A DNA stretch of 61,548 nt, the filler included, from Rhabdomonas costata (taxonomy: Eukaryota), in assembly GCA_019059605.1 (NCBI GenBank). It is 17 parts of 17 records of this genome, joined end to end, with 100 filler letters (N's around TTAATTAATTAA, not from the genome) between each part and the next. Parts side by side here need not be neighbours in the genome. Positions count along the whole stretch, not along the records: positions 21,783 to 25,300 come from JAHMHO010000758.1; positions 25,401 to 28,923 come from JAHMHO010000759.1; positions 29,024 to 32,539 come from JAHMHO010000760.1; positions 32,640 to 36,154 come from JAHMHO010000761.1; positions 36,255 to 39,760 come from JAHMHO010000762.1; 12 more parts are not named here. One strand, written 5' to 3'. Below, piece after piece: positions 24,701-37,474 of this stretch. How positions within the stretch are numbered: the stretch's first letter is position 1; each line of letters opens with the position of its first letter. The notes below the pieces were generated by a model that saw only the letters and a list, made by a program, of their open reading frames with translations, was not told the DNA's origin and did not search any database. The translations under genes were made by a program, and so were the position numbers.

Positions 24701-25261
24701 AACTAAAAAAGTACCAGGATGGATGAAGATTGAAGTCTGATTTGAAGGGTTGTGTGCCTAAGTTTTTAGTCCTGCGAGGAGTGAAATGAACACTAAATTG
24801 ACTGTTTTTATTCTGTGTATGTGGTTCTCCTTGTCGTTCCTGCCCTTTTGTTGCTTTCAGGCAGCTTTCAGCCTACTGAAATCGTCACGGCAGCCAAGGT
24901 ACGCAAAGTCTTTTTGTCACGGAAGTGGGTGGAGAGTTCTGCGAACAGGTTGAATTCGCTTCTAGCGCTTACAACTTCTCACCCGTTGCAAAGAACCTTG
25001 ACTTTCATTGACCTTGACAAAGAAATTAATGCCTTATTAGCCGTGAACTTGAAGCACAGAACAGAAACCTGCGCAGAAGCCTGCGGTAATGTTGGTGAAC
25101 TTGCGTGTTGAGCGTGTGCGCTTGTGTTGCCGACACAGAAGCGCAAGCCAAACCTTGCCACCAAGAATTCCAGCAAGGCCTCTTCGGAGGGAGACGAAAA
25201 CTCCTCAAGGGCGGCTCCGTCCGACGAACATGGGGAGGACCCGGGGGGCAATCTTCTTTGA
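21790..25261 (+). CDS. FANCD2: Fanconi anemia group D2 protein homolog, C-terminal exons
   Basis: Exons 21877-21948, 22164-22273, 22373-22497, 22887-23005, 23691-23804, 24253-24397, 24861-24898 and 25139-25261 (stop). They give SFHTLTRAT..YFTTVL, LLNICLKHGKTLLDKFLK and IPLAKTLEQFLQR, collinear with the FANCD2 motifs FPTLTRHT, LHVCLKYGRLFVEAFLK and VPLLKKTLELLVCR. Confidence 0.7.
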
Positions 25262-25519
25262 CAAGGAGAAGGGCGACCCGTATGCCCTGTCACCACCAAC
25301 NNNNNNNNNNNNNNNNNNNNNNNNNNNNNNNNNNNNNNNNNNNNTTAATTAATTAANNNNNNNNNNNNNNNNNNNNNNNNNNNNNNNNNNNNNNNNNNNN
25401 TTGGTGACAGTATGGATCAAGTTCCCGTAACTTGCACAAAACCAAAAAGCCCTAATGAGCACAATGCAAAACTTTTGTGCAAGTTACGGGAACTTGATCC
25501 ATACTGTCACCGACTTTCA

Positions 25520-28500
25520 CCAGCAGGAAACCGCAGAAGTAGCAGGCCTACGGAAACGTCAAGAAGCAAACTCAGAATTTGAAAGGTTTTACGGGAAACA
25601 TGAGCACTTATTGAATGGCTCGTCCGAGTCGAGTAACGAAAACAACATTGACTGGTCCCGGACCAGGTCGCAATTAGCTACGCAATTACAGCATTGGGTG
25701 ACTCAGTACTAAGCATTTTTGTCAGGACAAGACACATTTGCCTCGTGGATCAGTTTCACCGATGTGCTCAAATCTCACTACATCTCCATGTCCTACCACT
25801 ACCAAATTATGCAGGAATTACAAACAAAATGTGCGCATGCAAAACGGCGACTTCCCTAGCGCGCAGGCCAAATTCAAAACCATGGTCTAGTGTCTCCATG
25901 AGTCCTACCGGACCCACACCTAATCTTTTTGTACATCCAAATGCTGGAAAGCTGATAGGTCGCAAAACGGAACCCTCAGACGCTCAAAGCGGCCTATGAG
26001 ATCGCCTCGGAGATCTTCCGAGAGCCACGCCATGCGCCACAAGTCACCTACGTAGTTCAAGTGCCAAGCACAGTACCACCACACTCATCGCCATTCCAAC
26101 ATTCTCGTCACCGCCTCCTCCCAAGCAGCACACCTCTAACCAGCCTGGACACACACCAGTGGACCTAGACGCTGCTAGGTTCTGTACCACGCCGCATCAT
26201 CACAGCATTTTATCTCTGCACTTTCATCCGTGTTCACATGTACTTGGAGCTTGTCTTGCTCTATCTGCCTCCCACTCCTCCAACTTCTCTTCTTCTTCTT
26301 CTTCTACTTTGACTGAACCAAAAATACCCACCAAAGCAAAGTCACTCTCCGATCTTCCGCCTTATGGGCGTCCCCAGAGCCCAGCACAAGAAAGATAACG
26401 GAGAAGCTCTCCCTACAGTGATCGCCAGAGAATTCGCAGTTCGCCGCGCGACAGTCGCCACTAATCACCGCGTAGAACCCACGAGCGTGATCGAGACCGT
26501 GAGAGTAATGACAGGAGCCGCTACTGGCAACTCAACCGCAATGGCAACCGAAACTGGGAGCAAGAGCGTGATAGAGTCAGATACAGAAGGGAAACGCCAC
26601 ACCGTAGAGACGCCGACAGACGCACCCCACCACGTGAAGAGTCGTACTAGCGTCCTAACCCGAGGCCCTCCTCTTCTTACCGAGACCGTCGAGAAGGTGG
26701 TACACCGAGAGAACACCAAGCCCCATACCGCCAGTGCAAGAGCGCACCTGCTACGCATGTGTTAAGGTAGGTCATTTCATCAGGGAATGTCCAGAGAGAA
26801 GGAGTGGTTCGCCGAGAAGAGTTGAGGAACGTGGAGGGTTGGGTGTGAACAAGGTGTAGATGGTAGGAGGCCGAGTTTTGAGATGTTAAACTGGGGCTGG
26901 AGATGAGATGTGCGCCTGTCTCCAGAAGAGTGTGCGAGCCCCACGCCACCTATGATGTCGGAGCGTGTAGTTGTATGAACAGAGGAGAGTCACACACAAA
27001 GTACCGTACCAGTACCAGTACCAGTACCGGAGATGTTTCAGTGTTGAACGAGTACACCTACTGTCATCGTCTAACGATGAGTCGCCTCCAACAAGCTGCC
27101 TGCTTCTTGTTGCGCGTTGTTCAGTAGTCCAGTTAGTGTGGTGGAGTTGTTAGAGGAATAACCAGGTGTGAGTCGGACGGAGTACACACCGAAAACAGAG
27201 AGAAAATGTGATGGTAACCGACCAGCACTGTCATCAACGTGCGGTAAGCCAGTGACAGTGAAGTCGGAAGTTTCAACTCAGACATCACTCCACTTCCAAA
27301 TACCGGCGTTTGCGAGAAGCGAAGTTGGTACCATCATCATCCCCCCGACTAACGTGCGTTGCGTAGCTGTGGGACCACCTCCGGAATGCCAGCCGTAGTC
27401 TCTGTCGCGTGAATTACAGGCAGAGCCCCAGATTGGCAACCCAATCTCGCTGTTTCGTGATTTGCGACCAGCAAAAGTTGGCAGTACTTTGTGTGTTTTT
27501 GAGTCAACGGCTGACATGCAAAGCGGAGCCATCGGCTCATTGATTGGTAGCCTCTCCAAGACACCGAGTTGCGAGATGCAGTCGTTCCCTCAGGTTGGCG
27601 TATTGTCTTCGTTTCCTGTATCCAGGAGTGAGAATGGGGAAGGGAACACTGAGAGTATATGGTAGGAAAAATGGCACTTTGACCAACGACAAAAAACTTG
27701 TTTCTTCCTTACTATTCCTCAATCTTCCTCCCAATCCATGAACCTGCCGCAAAACCAACCTTCTCTACCATTCCTTTATCTGTGCTTCCTGAACGATTAG
27801 GTCTAGCAGACGTTTGCAGTGACCCACACGAACCACCAGCGCCAAAACCATTTCTTTTCCTACCACGTACATTTGTAAAGCGTCCTCGCCCTTCTGGATT
27901 CGGGCGCCTCGGACTGTTTTATCAGTGACAACCCGGTAAAGGAGCTCCAGCTACCGCGGAAAATACTAAATCAACTCATTGCAGTTCTGGTGGCCAATGG
28001 GTCGACTCTCACCGTTAACACCCACGTCCATGTTGCCCGGTGTTTCTCGGCACAAGGCCAGATTGGCTGTTTTTTCCGATTTATATCTCATTCCAGTGCT
28101 GGGCTGCACCTTCCTGCACATAAATAAGCCCTTGACTGGAGACATAGAGAAGTTCAAAATATCCGCAGAGAGACCACCTACATAACCCACGCACTAAACA
28201 CACCGTCACCCGATGTTTTCCGCTTTGTCGGAAGGTTTGTGTGATCGCTTGTGACGGCGTATCAGATGCCACCGAACTACGGTCACCTCCTATGCAACCC
28301 CCCCAGCCTCCTCAGAAGATGGGTCTGATAACCACCAGCCACGCTCCGGTGAGACGACCCCGTCCCTCGCGCTAACATCCCCTTCACCTCATCCAGTATC
28401 TCGTTGCTTTGCTCCTAATTTGATGGTACCTTTCCACGTCCTTTTGCATTCCATACCACTCGCACGACAGCCAGCTCTTTCGCAGACGGACCCCTTCCTT

Positions 28501-28923
28501 CAGCTTCAGTGGGGGAGCGTTTGGCTCCAGTGGTGGAGCACTCCACTTCCGTGTTATGCCGTCCACTCCATATTATGTTCCCTCCGATCAACGTGAACAA
28601 ACTGACTGTTGTTCCTCTTATGATCCCTACCAACAACCGCGCTCACCATTGTTTCCCCCTGATCCATTTGATAACGACGACTCATTGCTGGCAATACCTC
28701 ACCCGATACCCCCAAAAAACGAGCTACCATTGTACTGCCACCAATTGCCACATTCAGCACAACCTGTGGTGCAAACACTGTCCCCAGTTCCAGAACAGCC
28801 GTCTCCGATTACAGAGTTCCCACCATATCTTCACACAGAGCCTGAGTCACCAACTCACCTGGACACTAATCCTACCTTATATCTCGCTGAACGCTCGCCT
28901 TCACACTCTCTTGAATGAAAACT
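25520..28923 (+). mobile_element. Degenerate Ty3/Gypsy-like LTR retrotransposon, gag-protease region
   Basis: Gag-like W..FTDVLKSHY near 25745; CCHC zinc knuckle CYACVKVGHFIREC at 26749-26790; aspartic protease ALLDSGASDCFIS..VANG with the catalytic Asp at 27897, then PVLGCTFL. Stops and frameshifts throughout. Confidence 0.85.
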
Positions 28924-30541
28924 NNNNNNNNNNNNNNNNNNNNNNNNNNNNNNNNNNNNNNNNNNNNTTAATTAATTAANNNNNNNNNNNNNNNNNNNNN
29001 NNNNNNNNNNNNNNNNNNNNNNNGTTGTGGTGTACTACTGCGGTCGATTAAGAAGCGCGCACACACACATACACACACGCTGCTGCTACTAGAAGACTCA
29101 TCGGCGATGTCTTCCCCTGCTGGGCGCAGGTTTTGGTGTGACTATCCAGTCCCTACTTATCTCCGAGGGATACCACAGGTGTGAGTTTGGGTGTTTTTCT
29201 TTCTTTTGGTGCCCGTGCATGCCTACAAGTCCTTCGTTCCTGTTTTGTGGGTGACTAAGGACGGAGCAAAGTCAGCAAGCCGGGTGAAGAGAGAGAGAGA
29301 GCGCGTTTTTGACATGGACAATGCATGAGCTGGTGCACCCCTTCCTCGCCCAAGAGATCGATTGGAGATTTGTGTTGGTGGAGGGAGAATGGGGTGAGAA
29401 TCAGTGACCACCGCTAAACGACGTGTCATGTCGTTTCCTAGCTCCGTCGATGGAAACGTTTATATGACTTCAAGAAACTGTTGAAATGGCCGTGGCCACG
29501 CAATCGCATTCACAAGTATGCGCTCGCGTCGTGTCGTCTTAACCGGCAGTGTTGGTATGGTTTTTAGTCTGGTGAATGCCGTTCACTTTGCAGAGACATG
29601 CTTGTGGCTTACGAGTCTGCTGGCCGGGATGACATTGTCAGTGCGCTGCAGGTCCGAGCTTTTTGCTTCTGCCATCACTCCTTACTGTGGTAAAGCAGTG
29701 AATAGCCTCCCGCTTCCCAACAGGAGTGTGTCATGCGGCAACGTGTTGACGAGAACTCCTCAATGATCACTGACTTTTCGTGTTATTCACCCCAACCCAG
29801 GTGTTCTGATGAGTGCGCGTTTGAATACAGCAATCCATCAGGCCACCAAATATCGTTTTGCGGCCAGACCATCTGAGACCTCTTGAAAAGGCTCGGCATG
29901 TTTGTTGGGAATTTTTTCGACTGAGACGGTCCTAGAACTAGAAGCTCGCTAACCTCTGCTACCAACAACTTGATCTCTTCTGCGCCGCCATGAATAACGA
30001 CCCAATACACGACCGAGCGGAACATTGCTGCGGCCAAAGCCCCGTGGCTCCCTGGCCCCCTGATTTCCCGAAATTTGTTGAATACACTCAGTCGCTCACT
30101 AGCCCTTTTGTGCTGTATGGTGGGGGACTCCCGTAGGACCTGGTTATCGAGGTCATGGGGCCGCAGTCCGTGGCGGACGTACTTCGCCTGGAGGACCGTT
30201 TGCGGGGAAAGCTGCAGTCTGACGAGGATATGGCCTGGTGCGCTAATCCACACGCTTCTTCGGAAAAGGATGGAGAGGAAGTCTGGTTCTGATGTCAAGT
30301 CGTTGAACATTCGATCTTAATCGCCGGCACACTGGTTGGGGTTGGATTGATGCGAATGCATCACTGTATTAATGGTTGGGCAAACGCATTCCCCCGAAAT
30401 CCTGCAGAAGATAATGCCTGGAGCCTTGGACTCTCTTCGTCTTCCCGCGCCAATCCTTTTTGAAGCTGAACTGAACCTTTCGCCGCTCGAGAACTGGGGT
30501 ATGCTTGCTTGCCCCACACTTGCGCAAGAAAAAATCCACAG

Positions 30542-32490
30542 GAACAATTTGGAGCACCAGCGACGGATGGCCAGCTTCCAACTGGCTCAGCTGGTGTCCT
30601 TGCTGCAGAGGGAGTCCCAGTCCCGGGGAGCCATCCTCAGGCAGGAGACCGGTATGCTGTGTGCTGTTGTCGCCTTTTGTTGTGCTCCGTTGGCGGGCCT
30701 GTGCGGGTGGAGGTTATGTGGGAAGGTGGCGGTTCTGCACTCGTGGAAAGAAATTCAAAAAAACGCCGACCTCTTGGAGCGGGCCATTCTGAAGTTTGAT
30801 GCTCCCTGTTCTTCGTCAATATTCTAGCCAACAAGGCGCAAGTTCCGATGGGACATCAAAATTTTGAACTCGACATTTATTGTTTTATGGGCACTAGTGC
30901 AGAAATGGTGGTGAGAGTAAAGTGGTTGAGGAAAATGCCCCAAGATCTAAAACAGGACAAAAGCAGCCGAAATGAGGGGGGGACATGATCTACGGGTCAC
31001 TGCGAGTGGAAGTTGCCTATTTTCGAAATTCTTCATGAGATCCCATCAAATCAACGGGAACCGGGAAACGGAGAGGATTCGTATGCTAGAACTCAAATTA
31101 TTGTCTGTGTTTTTAAAAGTTTTGTCGCTTTTTGGGCCACGCAGATATGGTTTTGGGGTATCTGCCAAATATCCCACAATTGAATGCATTTTCCGTGATT
31201 GGGTATTCTCAGGAACACCGTCAGGCGAGGAGGGGGAGGGGGAGGGGGTGCTTGGACCGTGTACCTTCACCAGCTCCCTGTCTCTTGTATGCCATCCCTC
31301 ATCATCACATAGTGAGCGTGGGTGAGCTCTTCTCCACGTCCGGCTCCCTCCCCCTGGTGGAGGGCTGTTCACCAAACCCCTTCCTTGCCTCCGAGTTTGC
31401 CGGGGCCTCTCCAGTGCTGCAGGGCGAAGATGGTGAGTGGCCCGCGGCGGTACCCTCGCCGAGCGCCATTGCAGCAATACAAGAGAGCCTGGACGAGGAG
31501 ACTCGTGGGCGTATGCTCGCCGCCCCTTGAGAGCACTTCCGAGAGAGAAATGAAATGGAGGGGATCAGGGGTTGCTTTTCAGGGCTGAAACAAATGGAAA
31601 TAGCCTCTCAGCAATGATCAGTTATGATGATTGGTTGGGAGGAATGAGCTGATTTACCGCGCCATGAAAATAAAAGAGATGCGGTACTGTGCAGAAACGC
31701 AAAGACGTGAGTTGCAATTCGCAACACAGAAGCAAGGTAAGGAAATGCGCATTTGGGAAGGTACACAACGACAGTGAAGAAAAGAGGCAAGCAAATAAAA
31801 AAAGGAAGGAAACTCGAGACGCTGATTGGAAGAAATGGGAATGCCGGCGATTCTGAAGGCAGCACATTTTTGTTTTGTCATCGCTCACAGGCCTTGAGTT
31901 TTAGTTTATTGAGAGCAGGGCAGAAAGCAGGGCAACCCATTCCACCGCAACAGTTGTGCACAGGGCGTTCGAAGTTCCAAGGCAAACCCACGATGCGGGC
32001 GGGAGGGCTGCGGATCTTTGTTTGTCGACACAAAAAGAGAACTCCTGTGAGAGAAAAACCCACGACACTCCATATGTGAGGTCGCTGCCCTCCTTGGGGT
32101 CCTGGTTGCGAGGTGGTGATGTGATGGATCTGACCGACACTGTGTCCACTCCCTGCTCCGTTCTAATCTGTTTCTATCGAGGAAGTTGCGGGAGGCGGGC
32201 GAAGGCAGTCGTTTTGCTTAGGAATTCCAAAACCCAGCGCATTGATGAATGGTGGGCGAAATCGGTTTGCTTTTGAGGTTTACTCGTTGTGTCCGTTGTG
32301 GGTGGTGAACCTATGCCACTTGATGGATTATGCGCAGACGGTAGATGGGAGTGGGTTGGTGTTAAAGGGATGCTCAACTCGCTGGTTAACTCCGAGGCTG
32401 TCGTACGCGGCCACATGGAGGAGGCGGAGACCTGCCACCACAGCGCGATGCAGCAGGAGCTCCTGCACACCCACGTTCTGGACTCGTTCT
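30542..32490 (+). CDS. Hypothetical coiled-coil protein exons with E-x3-R motifs
   Basis: Exon 30542-30651 (..LLQRESQSRGAILRQET) plus blocks LDEETRGR and NSEAVVRGHMEEAE. Confidence 0.4.
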
Positions 32491-32639
32491 TATCTGGTCC
32501 GTTAGAGCCACCCCCCATTCTCGCCCACTCTGGCCACACNNNNNNNNNNNNNNNNNNNNNNNNNNNNNNNNNNNNNNNNNNNNTTAATTAATTAANNNNN
32601 NNNNNNNNNNNNNNNNNNNNNNNNNNNNNNNNNNNNNNN

Positions 32640-33593
32640 GGTGTTGGGTGAAAGTGAAGACGTAGGTGTCAATGACTGGGTAAATGTCAATGTGACGGTG
32701 CACGTAGGAGTTGGAGTGGACGAAGATGTGACTGTCGGCGTCTCCGTAGGAGTGCAGCTAGGAGTCACCGTAAGAGAACCACTGGGTGTCAAGGTGGGAG
32801 AGGATGTCGGGCTCGACGTCGGTGAGGAGGTTGGAGACGATGTTGGCGAAGATGAGGGGGTGGAGCTCGGCGTCACGCTGGGCGTCAGAGTGGTTGTGGG
32901 CGTCGGCGTGGGTGTTATCGTGGGGCTGTCCGTGGGACTCAGTGTGGGGCTGGACGTCGGAGTCGATGTCGGGCTGGGTGTCGGTGTCTGGGTAGGGCTT
33001 TCGGTTGGCGTTGCCGTCGGAGTCAAAGTCGAAGTCGGGGTCGGACTTGGTGTAGAGGTTGGTGTCGAGGTGGGTGTGAAGCTGGGAGTAACCGTTGGAG
33101 TGAGGGAAGGGGTGGAGCTCGGCGTCACGCTGGGCGAAAGAGTGGTTGTGGGCGTGGGTGACAGGGTTGCGGTTGGAGTGGAGCTGGGCGTGGTGGTCGG
33201 GCTGCAGGTCGGCGTGGAAGTTGGAGTGGACGAAGGGCTCGACGTCGGCGTCTCCGTAGGCGTCGGTGTGGGGCTCAACGTGGGGCTCAACGTTGCCGTG
33301 GGGGTCGGCGTCGGAGTGGCCGTGGGGGTTGAGGTGGGCGAGGATGTCGGGCTCGACGTCGGTGAGGAGGTTGGAGAAGATGTAGGCGAAGAGGATGGAG
33401 TGGAGCTCGGCGTCACGCTGGGCGTCACAGTGGTGGTGGGCGTCAAAGTGGGCGTGGGCGTGATGGTGGGCGTGGGACTGAGAGTGGGGCTGGATGTGAG
33501 TGTTGGTGTAATGGTCATAGTTTTTACCGGCGTCACAGACGCAAGTAAGATGGCGAAGAGTATCATGGCAAAGAGGTAGAAAGCGTTCAGCAT
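32640..33593 (-). CDS. Secreted or surface mucin-like Thr/Ser/Pro-repeat protein, 5' part
   Basis: ATG at 33593 after an AG, hydrophobic signal peptide [19 protein letters not shown], then ~290 aa of TPT/SPT repeats running off the contig. Confidence 0.85.
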
Positions 33594-36500
33594 GTGGCCT
33601 TGCAGACAAGAAATGATAAAATGTCGACAAAAAGAGCTGTTCTGCTTTAGTTGGAAATATCACCAAGGTCAATGACAAACTAAGCCAAGTCGTGCCAGGT
33701 GGTGCAGCACAAATTCCAAAAGTCGCTCGAAGCAAAGTCGGCATTGGTTACTTTGCAGAGAAGTTTCAGATAAGGTTAACGCTCGGTGAGCGCTGAAAAA
33801 CGGACGGAATTTTGAAACAGAAAAGAGATGGCCTTGCGTTGAAATTAAGGGAGAGCTTTTACATCTATATCCTTTACTCCATTGACATGACTGACAGAAA
33901 AGGGGCAGCGCAGCACCCAGGGATCCCCATACTTTCGTGTTTTTTTTGTGTTTTACTGCATTTTCGAGGTTTTTGTAATCCTGTGCTCTTCGCAACCTTT
34001 CGTAAATTTCCCGTGCTTTCCCGAATTTCAGTATTTTTGGCGCCATTCCAAATGCACCCGACCCAACTTTTTGTTTATTTCTGTTGTTTTCCCATATGCA
34101 CTAAGTTATACCCTTCGAATTCAATAATGCAGTGTTTTCGTTCTCATTTTCGCATTTTCCCCCATGAGATAACCAATTCCGAAGAACCGCAAACTAGCTT
34201 CCACCACCAAAAGAAACCCTGCCCTTCTCATCTAACACAAGCCCGGTAGCGCCTTTTCTTTGGTCCTAAAAACCAAAAACGACTGGAAGAGATAAAAACT
34301 TGAAGAACCTCAACGTCTCAAACAGTTTTGGACCCCTTGATAGTTTTCTAATTTCAGTCTAGAGTAGAGAAAATACACTCGACAGGCAGGGGTAGAACGT
34401 GAGAGGGGAAGGCGTTTTTCTGGATCAATTACCTATCAGGATCAACTTTTATGAACAGGAATTCCGCAAAAAGAGTGCCACGGGAATAGTTGGAAAATCG
34501 ATTCGGGAGTTTGCCCAACCTCGAACTGTATTTTACCTCCCTCATTTGTTTTCTTTCCTTTTCAGACCTTTCGACTTGGATCCATGGAGCAAGAATGGAG
34601 GCAGCCAACATGACACATGCAGTGAGAACACGTAGGGTAACGTGAAGTGGACGGGATTCCAGGCGCACAGAATCTCTGGAAACACCCACACAGGAAGAAG
34701 AAACAAATAGGCAGCGAGCAAAAAAACGAAAAATGGTACAGGCACATCACGGCAGCTGACGCACTGTGCAACGCGAGCTGCTTGCGACCTCCTAAACCCC
34801 TTTCCTCGGAATCCTCTCTCGCTCTCAATCTCCGTGTGCCCAAACCCACTTCCAATCAAGCACTGGTAACGGGAGGGACGCTGTGATCGCTGAAAATCTC
34901 TCCTATAACCACAAACGCCCAGACGGTCAACACAGTAGTACATGTAGTATTGGTTTTGATGCCTCGCGATTCATCCCGGGCATCAAAGGCCCAGACTCAA
35001 GGGCTCTGGCCGCAGGTGTGTGCGCTATGGACGAACATGAAGTTGCACGCACTCGTGAAAAGTCGAGCGTTTGGTCTCAATTATCCAAGATCACGGGAAA
35101 AAATACAGGAGGCAGTGCCACGATGCGGGCCTCCGAAATGGCTGTGAAGCAAGTCAGTGGCCATGGACTTGCACACAACGGCCGTTTTCGTACAGCACCG
35201 TAGATCGCAAACCGTGGCAGTCCGTGAATACTCCTCGACCATCGAGGGAATTGCTGACCCACTCCCCTGTGCAGGCATATGTGTGTCGGTGTATCTGTGC
35301 GAGCGAACGAAAAAAGAATTCGGAAATGGATTTGGGAGATAGGGGCTACTGCAGCAACCCTATATGCGCAGCGCGAAAAATTTCCGGTCACGGTGTGCTG
35401 TGCGATGAAAAACGACAGGATCGGAGATAATCGGTCCGCACACACGCATATGTAACTCTTTCTGCGCTTCCAGCGATTGCGCTGAATGTGTTTCAGCTTC
35501 TGCCCACATACAACACTGTATGCACCTGCATCTTGAGATGGGTTTTGTACGGTGCAAGGTGCAAGAGTGCATGGAAAACCAAAAATAAACACACGACGCC
35601 AGCAACGATCACCCTTTCTATGTGCCACACTAGCGGGCAATTTCATGAAAGGAGACACACAACCGATTATTGGACCCTGATTATCATCTGAGCCCGCGTC
35701 ACCTAGGTAGGGGTGGACACACCAAGAACTGAAAAAAAAAAAAGGAAACAAAACACTTCCCAACAGTCCTTCGTCACCTCCTTTAAACTTTTAAGCCCGA
35801 AATGCCTGATGTTGGTTGAGTCTTCTTTAGGCGGACAATACAAGAGGACCAAGACGCCGGCTCAGCAGAAGCTCAGCGCGCACACGCACTTCTCGTCTTT
35901 TCGAAGGGCGAATAACCACGGAACGCAAAAAAAAGGGGGGGACACAAGTCGTCAACTACTGCAAGAAAGCAAGATTGGAGGTACCTGTCCCCTGTCCCAA
36001 TTCAATTGCGAAAGAACGGCCTTTTCTGTACCTCCAAACATTCACTCACCCCACTGGCACTCGCATCGCAATGAGTGACTGCAAAGTGCCCCGAGCGGCG
36101 GGCGTACCCTCTCCCTAATCTGAGGTCAAAGGGGGCGCGCGGTGGACGAAGGGTNNNNNNNNNNNNNNNNNNNNNNNNNNNNNNNNNNNNNNNNNNNNTT
36201 AATTAATTAANNNNNNNNNNNNNNNNNNNNNNNNNNNNNNNNNNNNNNNNNNNNGTGGTTTTGTATGTTGCGTTCATTGCTTTCGTACGGAATTCTGGTC
36301 ACCCATCACTTTTTTGGGTTACGTTGCCACTGACCCGCGGTTTGGATGATTTTGGCCGGAGGGGAGAACTTGATTTTTTTATTCCGAGTATTGTGGGTGA
36401 TGCTGTAATATCTTATAATCCTGTTTTATCGTATGACGTCCCATTTCCACAGACCCAACCACACATCCTTTAAACTGAGACAATTAGAAGAAGAATTGGA

Positions 36501-37363
36501 ATTGGGAATGTCGACGCATCTCGAAGCCCGCAGTAGTCATACAGAATGCAAGACAGTTTGCGGGAGGACTCACAAAACGATGAAGAAAGGGAGAAAGACA
36601 GAAAGACAGAAAGACCGTGAGGTGGCCTGGCGTGCATTCCCGTGCCCATTCACGTGAAACAATGCGCGTGGGCCTCCGAGCACCGAGAAGAGAGGTTGGG
36701 ATACCCTTTATGCAGTTGGGAAGACTGTCGAGCGTGGTAACTGTCACTTTGGAAGGTGCCTTGTCGAAACCACTTATCAATCAATGCCCCGATATCCTTT
36801 AGTCCCTGTTGTCGTTGTGGCAACTTGACCTTCTTTCCGTCATTTCTCTACCCACGCACCAAACCCCCACCGCCCCTGTGTAACAACCGGGAGCAGTTTA
36901 CTCATCACCACAGGTTTGAGAAAACGTGGGCAAGCAGGCAGCGCACAGAGTCCTTTTAAGTCTTGAGGTCATACAAGCAAGAGAAGTTCTGTGTCCTATC
37001 ACCGACCTCCTGCGTTTCATAGGTTGAGGATGTTTCTTGAAACAATGCTGGGAGTGCGTGCCCGCGGCGGGCAAACGAAGACGCAGTGGTCTTGTAGAAG
37101 TTGCCGATACTGTCAGCGTTTCAGGGAATACCACCCATAGAACCCACGCAAACAAGGAGGGCTATGGACCCTGGTGTTGTGGTTCTGGTTCTGGTTCTCT
37201 CTGCTCTGCTCTGCTCTGCTCTGCTCCATCTGTTGGGTTTCTCATTTTCAAAACTCTTCTCCAATATAGTTTTCCTTTCCTTTTTCTGAAATGAGGTGAG
37301 CTAACGCAGCTCCCATCACCACCATCGCCCTCGACCAGACACACACACACACACTCCTCTGCA

Positions 37364-37474
37364 ATGGCATCCTCCGGGGCCTCCTCAGCCCCTGTGGTGA
37401 TTGACCTGGGCACGGGCTCCGTGAAGTGCGGGTTTGCCGGGGACAACTTCCCCGCGGCGGTGTTCCCGTCCATG
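37364..37474 (+). CDS. Actin-family protein (Arp2-like), first exon
   Basis: [37 protein letters not shown]|gtgggg contains the actin phosphate-1 loop; GTG..KCG..G.NFP is typical of Arp2. Confidence 0.8.

Noticed and set aside
25403-25511. Perfect ~39 bp hairpin at the contig start
   Set aside because: Terminal foldback chimera typical of whole-genome amplification, not a TIR or LTR.
29805-29876. CTGATGA...CTGA suggesting a box C/D snoRNA or hammerhead ribozyme
   Set aside because: Box C lacks the leading purine, there is no GAAA hammerhead core, and no target can be identified.
32641-33579. 312 aa Val/Gly-rich ORF on the + strand
   Set aside because: Antisense shadow of the Thr/Pro/Ser mucin-like gene, which has the signal peptide.
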